The notes under the pieces: model-generated | Seen by the model: only the letters and a program-made list of their open reading frames with translations | Told to the model about the DNA's origin: nothing | Database searches by the model: none | Source of the DNA: an uncultured Eubacteriales bacterium | GTDB taxonomy: Bacteria; Acidobacteriota; Aminicenantia; Aminicenantales; Aminicenantaceae | DNA length: 64,000 nucleotides | Assembly: GCA_964346585.1 (NCBI GenBank) | Contig: CAYFVQ010000121.1 | Location: 11,113-75,112 of the forward strand | Direction of reading: 5' to 3' | In this document: positions 47,608 to 56,872 of the stretch, in pieces | Position numbering within the stretch: position 1 is the stretch's first letter | Layout: the number at the start of each line of letters is the position of its first letter | Position numbers and translations under genes: made by a program

Positions 47608-49366
47608 TCGTTACCTTCTTCTGGTCCAATCCTTTGAATACGTTATCGATCTCCATGTATATTTCAAGAATGCCCGGGTCTTCTTCAGGAAGGAATTTCA
47701 TCTTGGAAATTTTCTCCCTCACTTCCAGAGCTAAAATCTCTTCCAAGCTCTTCCCATCGGCAAGAGCACTCATTCCCGAACGGTGAAAATGAATGATTGT
47801 CCGCAGCATCAAATACTGCATTCTCAATGAGGTGTATGTGTCCTGGGGATGGAAGGCGTTTTGGTGGAGAAAATCTTCTCGGATAGAGCGCGCAGATTCT
47901 AGAATAAGCCTGTCTCTGGCCGAAAGGGATTCCACGCCGACGAGACGGGCGATCTCCTGCAGCTCGGATTCTTCCTCCAAGAGCTGCATGGCTTCCTGGC
48001 GAAGGGTAACGAACTCTTCAGCGACCTGGGAGTTTAAATAGTCCTTGATATTCTCCACATACAGAGAATAACTCAAAAGCCAGTTGATCGCCGGGAAATG
48101 CCGCATGTTGGCAAGTCTGTCATCCAGAGCCCAGAAGACCTTGACCACTTTCAGTGTGGCTTGAACAACCGGGTCCGAAAGGTCTCCCCCTGGCGGAGAA
48201 ACCGCTCCCATAACGCTCAGGGCTCCGATTCGATTGTCCGAGCCTAAACAGACCACTTTCCCGGCCCGCTCGTAGAATTCAGCGATGCGGCTGGCCAGGT
48301 AGGCGGGATAAGCTTCCTCTCCTGGCATTTCCTCCATCCGTCCGGAGATTTCTCTCAAGGCTTCTGCCCATCGGCTGGAAGAATCGGCCATTAGGGCCAC
48401 AGAATACCCCATATCCCTGAAGTACTCCGCGATGGTCATGCCTGTATAAATCGAAGCTTCCCGTGCCGCCACAGGCATGTTCGATGTATTGGCGATTATG
48501 ACTGTCCTCTCCATGAGAGGACGGCCAGTATGAGGGTCTTCAAGCTCCGGGAAACTAAGGAGCAGGTCAGCCACCTCATTTCCTCTCTCCCCACAAGCCA
48601 CAAAAACAATAATCTGGGCGTCTGACCATTTCGCCAGCTGGTGCTGGACCACAGTTTTTCCGCTGCCGAATGGGCCCGGAACACATCCCGTTCCTCCCTT
48701 GGCAAGAGGAAAGAGTGTATCCAAGACTCTCTGTCCTGTGGTCAGTGGCTCGTCTGGCATCAACCGCTCATGAACTTCTCTGTTTCTGCGGATCGACCAC
48801 GTTTGAAACATCTTGACTTCTTTGACTTCCTGTCCAGTTTCTATTTTGGCTATGGGTTCTTCCACCAAGAATTTTCCTTTTTTGATCTCCGCAATTTTGC
48901 CTGACAATCCCACAGGAACCATGATTTTATGTTTAAGGAGTGGAGTCTCCTGGACTTCTCCCAAAAAATCCCCCTCTTTAACTTCCTGGCCTTTCTTGAC
49001 AAGTGGAACAAATTCCCAATTTCTCTTCCGATCCAGAGGCGGTACTTCGACACCTCGAGTAACGAAATCACCCTCTGCGCTCCTGATAATATCCAATGGA
49101 CGTTGGATGCCGTCGTAAACGGAGCTTATTAGACCTGGACCCAATTCCACGCTCAAGGGTAGTCCGGTTAAAAACACGGGTTCTTCCGGACCGATTCCTG
49201 TGGTATCCTCGTAGACTTGGATAAAGGCCAGGTCCTCTCTGAGTTCGATAACCTCTCCTATAAGCCCGAGCTCTCCGATCTTCACCATATCGTACATTTT
49301 GGCGCCTAAACAACCTGAGGCAACAACGAGTGGCCCCGCCACACGAATGATCTTACCTTGTTTCAT
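47591..49366 (-). CDS. ntpA: V-type ATPase catalytic subunit A
   Basis: Walker A 'GPFGSGKTV', non-homologous insert region, '[13 protein letters not shown]'. Confidence 0.9.
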   Translation of the reverse strand: MKQGKIIRVAGPLVVASGCLGAKMYDMVKIGELGLIGEVIELREDLAFIQVYEDTTGIGPEEPVFLTGLPLSVELGPGLISSVYDGIQRPLDIIRSAEGDFVTRGVEVPPLDRKRNWEFVPLVKKGQEVKEGDFLGEVQETPLLKHKIMVPVGLSGKIAEIKKGKFLVEEPIAKIETGQEVKEVKMFQTWSIRRNREVHERLMPDEPLTTGQRVLDTLFPLAKGGTGCVPGPFGSGKTVVQHQLAKWSDAQIIVFVACGERGNEVADLLLSFPELEDPHTGRPLMERTVIIANTSNMPVAAREASIYTGMTIAEYFRDMGYSVALMADSSSRWAEALREISGRMEEMPGEEAYPAYLASRIAEFYERAGKVVCLGSDNRIGALSVMGAVSPPGGDLSDPVVQATLKVVKVFWALDDRLANMRHFPAINWLLSYSLYVENIKDYLNSQVAEEFVTLRQEAMQLLEEESELQEIARLVGVESLSARDRLILESARSIREDFLHQNAFHPQDTYTSLRMQYLMLRTIIHFHRSGMSALADGKSLEEILALEVREKISKMKFLPEEDPGILEIYMEIDNVFKGLDQKKVTSEDNV

Positions 49367-49694
49367 CTTCTCCTCTTTTCTTAACTAAAGAATCTGAACC
49401 TGTCGCCTTAATGGCCAGCTCTCCCATCACTCTCTCGAGGTGATCGGTGACCTTCCTGTAGTCAGAAAATCCCACCACCACAGGACAAAACTTCTCCCTT
49501 AAAGCGTCTCTCTCCTTCTCTAAAGACTCAAACAGATTTTCGTCTAAAAAACAGAGGGCGAAATTTTCCTCCTCAAGGGTTTTAAAGATTTTTTTGGCTT
49601 CTTCCAGGGTCTTTGGAGAAAAAACTTTCATTCCTAAGACACGTAACGGAAAGACGATGTCAGCCTCTCCCATGACAGCGATTTTATCAAACAT
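49353..49694 (-). CDS. ntpG: V-type ATPase subunit F
   Basis: 113 aa; '[19 protein letters not shown]' typical of subunit F; position between C and A as in E. hirae ntpFIKECGABD. Confidence 0.75.
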   Translation of the reverse strand: MFDKIAVMGEADIVFPLRVLGMKVFSPKTLEEAKKIFKTLEEENFALCFLDENLFESLEKERDALREKFCPVVVGFSDYRKVTDHLERVMGELAIKATGSDSLVKKRGEDETR

Positions 49695-50472
49695 AGGTTG
49701 CGCTTATCCTTTTCTTGAGTAATTCATTCGGAATCTGGTTGATTTTCCCGATCCCGAGAAGTCTCACAAGCCTTAACTCTCTTTTTTTTGCCAATCCATA
49801 AGCCAAAACCGGTTCTGGCCCAAACACGATGTATTTAGCCTTTTTCAAGAAGGTTATCAAAAAATCCTCAATTCCGCGTTCAAGGTCGAGGAAAGTCTCT
49901 CGTTCTGCCAGTGCATCCGCAGCGCTTGTCCAGAGATCTTTATACGGAGTGGCCTGAAGCTTCTCCCCGACTTCGGCGAAGGAAAGTTCAAAACACTGCC
50001 GTATGAATTGACTCTCCAGAAAACCACCCTCAAGAATCAAGCTTTCAAATTTTTCTCTGGGGAGACCCGAATATTTTGCACGGAATAAGATTTTCAGATT
50101 ATTCAGATCAAGCCTATGCCGAATGTAGTCATGAAAAAAGGAGTAGCCTGTCCTCTTGATCACAGTGACTATCTCTCCAGGATTCTCTTCTTCATGAAAC
50201 ACCTTCAGGAGATCTTCCTCGATCATGATTTCTCTCATTAAGCGTCGCACTTCCTCCCCCTCTTTTTCAATGTATTCATCCAGCTCGTCCGAATCCTTGA
50301 TTTGAACCATTTCATCCGAAAATTTCCCGGCATCAAAAATCACCTTCAAAGCACTGGCCATGTCTTTTTCCTCAGAGGCTTCTTTAAAAACTGCCTGCTC
50401 GACCAAATCTTTTTCAAGTGCACGTATCCGACCGACTGCATAGGCATAGCTGAGTCTGGACGGCTTTTTCAT
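49687..50472 (-). CDS. ntpC: V-type ATPase subunit C (V0 d-like)
   Basis: 'YAYAVGRIRALEKDL' N-terminal pattern; operon position. Confidence 0.7.
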   Translation of the reverse strand: MKKPSRLSYAYAVGRIRALEKDLVEQAVFKEASEEKDMASALKVIFDAGKFSDEMVQIKDSDELDEYIEKEGEEVRRLMREIMIEEDLLKVFHEEENPGEIVTVIKRTGYSFFHDYIRHRLDLNNLKILFRAKYSGLPREKFESLILEGGFLESQFIRQCFELSFAEVGEKLQATPYKDLWTSAADALAERETFLDLERGIEDFLITFLKKAKYIVFGPEPVLAYGLAKKRELRLVRLLGIGKINQIPNELLKKRISATYV

Positions 50473-50885
50473 ATTCCCAAGATCTCGACGATTTCGTTTT
50501 CCAGCCTGGAGCGGAGCTCTTCTTTTAATCTGGCCTCATCAAAGGATTCTTCTCTTTCTCCCTCTTTCGTTATGATGGTCCTCTTCAGGCCTTTTTCCCC
50601 GAGGATCTTTCTCTGGAAGGCTTTCTCCATAACTTCCTGGATGAGCTCTTTTTTCCGAGAAAGGATGATGATTTTCGTCTCTAACCGGGCCTGTGTGATG
50701 AGGCGACTCGCCTCCAACTGACCCTTTCTTTTTGCTTCGTCTACCAGCTCATCTGCCAATTCTGCTGCATTCTTTTCCGCCTCTTCCTTGATCTTTCCTG
50801 CTTTCTCGCGGCTCTCGACAAGGATCTTGTCTGCCTCAGCACTCGCATCATCGATAATCTTGTCCAGAATCTTCTCTAAACTCAT
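50469..50885 (-). CDS. ntpE: V-type ATPase subunit E (short form)
   Basis: 'LEKILDKIIDDASAEADKILVESREKA' coiled-coil N-terminus typical of subunit E; operon position. Confidence 0.7.
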   Translation of the reverse strand: MSLEKILDKIIDDASAEADKILVESREKAGKIKEEAEKNAAELADELVDEAKRKGQLEASRLITQARLETKIIILSRKKELIQEVMEKAFQRKILGEKGLKRTIITKEGEREESFDEARLKEELRSRLENEIVEILGI

Positions 50886-50899
50886 GGCTTCTCAATACG

Positions 50900-51388
<489 letters not shown>

Positions 51389-51411
51389 TTATTCTCATCA
51401 GACAAATTTAT

Positions 51412-53322
51412 TCAAATAAATTCAACAAATTTACTTTTTAACTCGAAAGGCTTGAACGGGCTCCCTCCGGATTTAAAGAATTTGCTGAAAAACTCGACAA
51501 ACTGAAGACGCATGGAATGAACGAAACCCCCTAGAAAGCTGATCGCCAGATTAAACAAATGGCCTCCAGCAAAAATCAAAGCAGCAACCAACCAGCCCAC
51601 CCAAGGGATTCCGAGTGCTGTCTGGCTCAGATTATTCACCACCATAGCAATAACAGTGGTGGCCAGCCCCAGAGCCAGCAGCCGCGAATAGGAAAGAACA
51701 TCGGCTAAATAGCGGGAGATGTCATACAGGCTGTACAACCCCCCGAAAAACCGGGCGAAGGGATTGCGGCTCGGTGAAGCGAAAAAAACAATCCCGGCCG
51801 CGCCAACAAGGGTAAATATTCCCCAGATGGACCCCATCTTCCCCAGGAATAGAGGAAAGGATGGGAGCAACAGCAACCATCCGCCCTGGACACATATGGA
51901 TTGCAGGTAGAGTTTGTTTTTTATGCCGTTGATCAGGTTCAAGAGAGTTCCAAACCAGACTTGGATGAAGCCCAGGACAAGTGCAAGATAGAGAAAGGAA
52001 AGAGGATCCTGGAGAGGATCCATTACCATGAGCTTCCGAACAGGAAAGCCAAACCACCCCCCGATCAGAGTCCCGAGGATAACAGTTGATACTCCAAGAA
52101 GCCCCAGCAGTTTCAAGAACTGGCGCAATCCACCCTTTGGTTTTGCGAATTTTAAGTAGAGGAAGCTCAAAAGGGCCACCAACAATCCATAGCCGGCTTC
52201 ACTGACACATAGTCCGACAAACAGGAAGAAAAACGGGGCCAGAGGAAGAGTGGGGTCAAAAGAGCCCCTCTGAGGCAGTCCGTAGAGTTTTGTGATTAGT
52301 TCAAAGGGCTTTCCAGGTTTCGGATTTTCCAGGACGACAGGAGGGTCTTCCTCAGGAAGAGGTTCCCGGAAATAGAGCTCTATCGCTTCTGAGTATGGCT
52401 CGAGTTTGGATTTGAGTTTCTCAATATCTGCAGAGCGAATCCATCCGTCCAGGTAAAAGATCCGTTCTGTCTCTCCCAGCAAACCCGATGTCAATACTTT
52501 TCCTTTTTCATTCAAAAGGATGTCATGGATGAACATGAGCATTTCGCTCTGCTCTGAAAGTCTCCGGCCTTCCCCATCCAAGTCTTCGAGCTTTATTCTC
52601 TTTTCCTCAATCTCTTGATCAAGCTTCCTCATGACATCCTTGACTGTATCTTCCTCATCTGCCTTCATCAAAACAGGCTCGGTCAAGTGGTGCGGCATGA
52701 AGTTCATCTCTTTAAGAATCCGCTCTAAGGGCTCTTTGTCTTTCTTAAGATAAATGAGTAAAAGATGGAGCCTCCTCTTGTCCCTCTGTATGACTTCATG
52801 CCAGAGGGCTTCCTCCTCAGACATCTTCAGAAAATCTTCATGCTGAGACTGAAGGATTGAGCCAATAATGATTTCAATCGAATCCGTTCTCTTTAACGTC
52901 TGGAGAGGCAGGACTAAATCCGAAAGAGAGGATAGAGATTCCTTCTCTCTCTCTAAAAATCTGACTTCTGAAAGCAGCTCATTTTTTTCGGCCTCCAGCT
53001 TTTCAACATCGTCCAGAACGGGCAAATAATCAAAATTGAGAAGGTCTTTCTTTTTCTCAGGATCCAGCTGAGGCTTCTGAGCAAAGAGTCTTTTCGTAAA
53101 TCCCTTCTCTTCCCACTGCGACAGATAAGTCAAAGCATGCGATAAGCGGTACAGGCTGTGTTCGACTTCAGCCACTTCAGTGGGAGCTGATTTGAGGCTC
53201 AACTCTTCAAAATTAGCTTTCTCAACCTGGACCACACCCTGTTCTTGAAGGGTGGAGAGGACCTCCAACTTCACGCCTGAATGAGCGATGATATGAATCC
53301 TTTGAACCTCTGCAATAGACAC
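51412..53322 (-). CDS. ntpI: V-type ATPase subunit I (a-subunit homolog)
   Basis: 636 aa; cytoplasmic coiled N-half plus polytopic C-half with 'YSRLLALGLAT'-type Arg helix. Confidence 0.85.
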   Translation of the reverse strand: MSIAEVQRIHIIAHSGVKLEVLSTLQEQGVVQVEKANFEELSLKSAPTEVAEVEHSLYRLSHALTYLSQWEEKGFTKRLFAQKPQLDPEKKKDLLNFDYLPVLDDVEKLEAEKNELLSEVRFLEREKESLSSLSDLVLPLQTLKRTDSIEIIIGSILQSQHEDFLKMSEEEALWHEVIQRDKRRLHLLLIYLKKDKEPLERILKEMNFMPHHLTEPVLMKADEEDTVKDVMRKLDQEIEEKRIKLEDLDGEGRRLSEQSEMLMFIHDILLNEKGKVLTSGLLGETERIFYLDGWIRSADIEKLKSKLEPYSEAIELYFREPLPEEDPPVVLENPKPGKPFELITKLYGLPQRGSFDPTLPLAPFFFLFVGLCVSEAGYGLLVALLSFLYLKFAKPKGGLRQFLKLLGLLGVSTVILGTLIGGWFGFPVRKLMVMDPLQDPLSFLYLALVLGFIQVWFGTLLNLINGIKNKLYLQSICVQGGWLLLLPSFPLFLGKMGSIWGIFTLVGAAGIVFFASPSRNPFARFFGGLYSLYDISRYLADVLSYSRLLALGLATTVIAMVVNNLSQTALGIPWVGWLVAALIFAGGHLFNLAISFLGGFVHSMRLQFVEFFSKFFKSGGSPFKPFELKSKFVEFI

Positions 53323-53325
53323 GGC

Positions 53326-53685
53326 CTATGACTCTCCCTTTTCAATAAAATGTTTGATTCTATCCGAAATTTGACTCACGGCTTTGGACATCGCTTTCTC
53401 TGTTTTCTTTTTCAATGAAACGATCTCTTGCTCCGCTCTTTCTCTAATTTCGGCCGCCTCCTTGGTGGCCTCCTGGATCAACGCGCTCCTTTTCTCATCA
53501 GCTTTCTTACGGGCCCTGTTTAAATGACGTTCCTTGATTTTTTCTGCTTCTTCATGAGCTTCCTGGATGATTTTCAAGGCTGTTTCCTCTCTGGCCTTTT
53601 CGACAATTTTTCGGGCCTTCTCTTCAGCTTCTTTGATGCGTTGGAGTGCGTCAGAAGCATCCTTTGTTTTTATTTTTTCATTCAT
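53326..53685 (-). CDS. ntpF: V-type ATPase peripheral-stalk subunit (G/H-like, NtpF position)
   Basis: 119-aa all-helical K/E/A-rich protein at the first position of the operon. Confidence 0.55.
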   Translation of the reverse strand: MNEKIKTKDASDALQRIKEAEEKARKIVEKAREETALKIIQEAHEEAEKIKERHLNRARKKADEKRSALIQEATKEAAEIRERAEQEIVSLKKKTEKAMSKAVSQISDRIKHFIEKGES

Positions 53686-53982
53686 TAATATCAGCCTGTT
53701 GTTGGTGTGTACTTCATCGGCTTGCTGTTAAATACGCTAAGGTTTCTTTCTACGAGGTTATTCTCGATTATGAACCTGAATTTTAAAGAGTTATTATATC
53801 CAATACACTATCATTTTTCTAGGAAAAAATTGCCACGAATGGGATCAGAGCCCGACAGTAGACATTCATTCAGAAAATAGATACATGAATAATCCAGGTA
53901 GATACCAAAGGCATCGAAAAGTTAGGTAAATTTCCGCTGTCTGACCCTGACTTCAGACAATAATAAAGCCTGAATCCAGACA

Positions 53983-54825
53983 TCAAGGGAGTATATTCGG
54001 ATAGGGATAGTAGGAGCGAAAGTCCAGCTTCCTCTGCCTGGCCTTTTTTTCCAACGCCCGAAATGGAGATTTATGATCGAACAGAGAAGACTTGAAAAGG
54101 ATGAACGCCCTGGCGCTCATTACATCAGCAAGAAGAGAGATATCCAATCCTTTCTCGATATGAAGAACAAACTTTAATCCTGCTGAGATGGCAGATTTCA
54201 GATTATCCAAAACCAGACTTTTATCTTCAGCATCCTTAAAAATCTGCTCGGATGTGTGGAGCCAGGTGCCGTTCCTGGCCAACTCCCCAAGGGAAAACTC
54301 CAACTCGCCAAAATGATAGTAGACTAGCCAGCTTCCCCCTCTCTGGCAGGCAAAAGCCAGTTCATTGAGTTGAAGATTATCTCTTTCGTTTTGTCGGTTT
54401 GTCAGGTGAATATAAATTCCATCTCTTCCCAGATCTTGAAGGCTCGAATACGAAATCGACTCGGATTCTTCTTCTACATCTAAAGGACCATGATGGAAAT
54501 AGGCGCAGATAGCCTTTCCTTTTTTGCATGCTTTATTCACAAGCTCTAACTCAAGGGAATCTCTCCTTGATTCATCAGAAGTGTAGAAGTCGGCACCAGC
54601 CTCTGCCAGCCATTCCAGCTGGAAACGGTCGAGCTTCCCAGTATCAATCAAACGAAATCTGACTCCTCTTCGCCGGGCAACCTTGACTGCATCCAGAAGA
54701 AAAGTAAAATCATGCAGGTCATCTCTAATTGTGAGGCCTTCACCATGCCTTGCTGAGGAAAAAAGCTCAAGGATCCGTTCTTCGGCTTCAGCGTTCACAT
54801 TATTTTTATTCTCGTTTTCCATCAC
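53983..54825 (-). CDS. hypothetical protein with four internal ~60-aa repeats
   Basis: 280-aa ORF; repeated pattern of hydrophobic strand, G-x-L-D/E, L-x-x-L-A-x-x-G, hydrophobic strand, S/T (for example RFRLIDTGKLDRFQLEWLAEAGADFYTSD; WLVYYHFGELEFSLGELARNGTWLHTSE). Confidence 0.6.
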   Translation of the reverse strand: MMENENKNNVNAEAEERILELFSSARHGEGLTIRDDLHDFTFLLDAVKVARRRGVRFRLIDTGKLDRFQLEWLAEAGADFYTSDESRRDSLELELVNKACKKGKAICAYFHHGPLDVEEESESISYSSLQDLGRDGIYIHLTNRQNERDNLQLNELAFACQRGGSWLVYYHFGELEFSLGELARNGTWLHTSEQIFKDAEDKSLVLDNLKSAISAGLKFVLHIEKGLDISLLADVMSARAFILFKSSLFDHKSPFRALEKKARQRKLDFRSYYPYPNILP

Positions 54826-55024
54826 TAACCTTTTTATTTACACCTGAACTCATTTCCGACTGACTCATCTCCGAAAGTCGGTTCTCAGGACTATCATGAA
54901 CTCAAGATTTCTTTTCAGGTACACCACGAATTTCGAAAGATATAGCACTGCAAACGGGATGTCAAGTTAAAGCGCCTTGAAAAAAGCAGCCTTATCTTTT
55001 ATCATCGAGTGGAGCTCAACGAAA

Positions 55025-55720
55025 ATGAAAGAAAGCATCGTTCTTTTCTCCGGAGGCATTGATTCAACAACTGCACTCTACTGGGCTTTAAACCAGTACG
55101 AAAAAGTCACGGCTCTGACCTTTGACTATGGGCAGCGCCACATCATTGAAATCCAGATGGCTGAGAAACTCGTCCAGAAGCTCAGAATTGCCCACAAAAT
55201 GCTTGCCGTCAACCTCAAACAGATCGGCGGCTCGTCCCTCACTGACGCGCATATTCCCTTGCCTCAGTACGAGAGTGTGGACAAGATCGAGGAAGGACTG
55301 CCCTTGACATACGTTCCTTTCAGAAACGGCATATTCCTGGCTATGGCTTCCGCTTGGGCTGATGTGGAAGGCATCAAAGAGATCGTCTGCGGATTTCATG
55401 TCATGGATTCTCCGAACTATCCCGACACCCGAGAGTCGTTCGTAAAATCCATGGAAGAAGCCATAAATTTGGGAACAAGTTTTTCACCCGAACAGGAGAG
55501 ACTTCAAATCATCGCCCCATTCGTGAACATGAAAAAATCTGAAATCATTAGAAAAGGTCTTTCTTTAGGGGCCGATTACTCGTACTCTGTGTCCTGTTAT
55601 GCGGGCGCAGAATCTCCCTGCCGGAAATGCTCTGCCTGCATTCTCCGCCAAAAGGCTTGGGATGAAGTCGGGGAGACAGACCATCTCATCCTTAGACTAG
55701 AGAGAGAAGGAACAACATGA
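55025..55720 (+). CDS. queC: 7-cyano-7-deazaguanine synthase
   Basis: PP-loop 'VLFSGGIDSTTALYWA'; C-terminal zinc cysteines 'CYAGAESPCRKCSAC'; ATG 55025 (track start 54977 is TTG). Confidence 0.9.
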   Translation: MKESIVLFSGGIDSTTALYWALNQYEKVTALTFDYGQRHIIEIQMAEKLVQKLRIAHKMLAVNLKQIGGSSLTDAHIPLPQYESVDKIEEGLPLTYVPFRNGIFLAMASAWADVEGIKEIVCGFHVMDSPNYPDTRESFVKSMEEAINLGTSFSPEQERLQIIAPFVNMKKSEIIRKGLSLGADYSYSVSCYAGAESPCRKCSACILRQKAWDEVGETDHLILRLEREGTT

Positions 55721-56064
55721 GTTGGACATTAAAAGTCAGGGACAAGTTCCAAGCCGCTCATTTTTTAAAAGATTACAAGGGCAAATGTGAAAAAACCCAT
55801 GGGCACACTTTTCAAGTCGAAGTCGAGGTGGAAGTCACCACGCTGGATAAAACGGGAATCGGGATAGACTTTACTCTTATCAAGCAACAGCTTTCCGAAG
55901 TACTGCCCGATCATACTCTTCTCAATGAGATCTATGATTTCAATCCTTCGGCTGAAAATTTAGCCCGTCACTTTTTCCTTGTGTTGAAAACACACTTTCC
56001 CGTGACTCAAGTGACCGTCTGGGAATCTGAAGATGCCTCAGCCACATATTCTGAAGATAACTGA
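55717..56064 (+). CDS. queD: 6-carboxy-5,6,7,8-tetrahydropterin synthase
   Basis: 'AAHFLKDYKGKCEKTHGHTFQVEV' (CxxxHGH) QueD motif; ATGA overlap with queC. Confidence 0.9.
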   Translation: MSWTLKVRDKFQAAHFLKDYKGKCEKTHGHTFQVEVEVEVTTLDKTGIGIDFTLIKQQLSEVLPDHTLLNEIYDFNPSAENLARHFFLVLKTHFPVTQVTVWESEDASATYSEDN

Positions 56065-56662
56065 AATATTCCCCTCTATTCAGGGCGAGGGTCTCAGGCA
56101 AGGAGAAGCCACCCTCTTCATCCGTCTTTCTGGATGCAACTTGAAATGTTCCTTCTGCGATACCCAGTACGCCTGGGAAGAAGGCCAGCCGTATTCTGTG
56201 GCTCAAGTTCTGGACGAGGTGAGAAAAATGAGACAGAGCTTCCCAGCGCAATGGGTCTGCCTCACAGGAGGAGAACCGCTATTGCAGGACATTGATGAGT
56301 TGACCAGAGATTTGAAAAAAGAGGGGCTGAAAATTCAAGTAGAGACAAATGCCACTCTCTATCGCTCCCTACCTGTTGACTGGTACTCCGTCTCTCCCAA
56401 ACCGGAAAAGTATGACTGCCAGCCGGAATACCGGAAAGAGGCCAAAGAAGTGAAAATAATCATCACAAAAAATCTGGATCTGGAAACGATACGCCGTTTG
56501 AGAGAGCAGTTTCCAGAAAACATTCCGCTCTTGCTCCAGCCTCAATCCAACAGGAAATGGAGTATGGACCTGGGAATGAAACTCCTCAGACAAGCCATAA
56601 AGGTTGGGCTAAATAACATAAGGCTTTCCATCCAACTGCACAAGATATCCGGTCTACGATAA
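56033..56662 (+). CDS. queE: 7-carboxy-7-deazaguanine synthase (radical SAM)
   Basis: 'EIFPSIQGEGLRQGEATLFIRLSGCNLKCSFCDTQYAW'. Confidence 0.85.
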   Translation: MPQPHILKITEIFPSIQGEGLRQGEATLFIRLSGCNLKCSFCDTQYAWEEGQPYSVAQVLDEVRKMRQSFPAQWVCLTGGEPLLQDIDELTRDLKKEGLKIQVETNATLYRSLPVDWYSVSPKPEKYDCQPEYRKEAKEVKIIITKNLDLETIRRLREQFPENIPLLLQPQSNRKWSMDLGMKLLRQAIKVGLNNIRLSIQLHKISGLR

Positions 56663-56716
56663 CAGAGAGAGGAAGAAAATTAAAAATCGAATTTCACCCC
56701 TGTCGATGAGTAAATA

Positions 56717-56872
56717 ATGAAAAAATCATCCCAAGATTCACCACAAGAGGCGATTGATTTAATTCAATGGCCCTGCCAGAATACTCATTTAATAATGAAA
56801 AACCACAGCACAATCTATGGTATGATTGACCGAGGAGAAAAAGATCTTCAACCATTTTCAGGAAATGAATGA
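56717..56872 (+). CDS. small ORF (51 aa), possible excisionase/AlpA-like HTH
   Basis: MKKSSQDSPQEAIDLIQWPCQNTHLIMKNHSTIYGMIDRGEKDLQPFSGNE; 'STIYGMIDRGE' resembles 'STIYRxIKxGxFP' of Xis/AlpA HTHs; its stop overlaps the next gene's ATG (ATGA); below the ORF-track size cut-off. Confidence 0.3.
   Translation: MKKSSQDSPQEAIDLIQWPCQNTHLIMKNHSTIYGMIDRGEKDLQPFSGNE

Noticed and set aside
53936-53960. GTCTGACCCTGACTTCAGAC, resembling an arm of the GGGGTCAG element family
   Set aside because: It is a single short, imperfect match without a partner arm. That is insufficient to call it a family member.
54826-55024. preQ1 riboswitch expected upstream of queC (also checked 60379-60480 upstream of queF)
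   Set aside because: I found no small hairpin followed by the A-rich ...AAAAAACUA tail typical of preQ1-I, and nothing resembling preQ1-II or preQ1-III. This was a by-eye check only, so a cmscan would be definitive.
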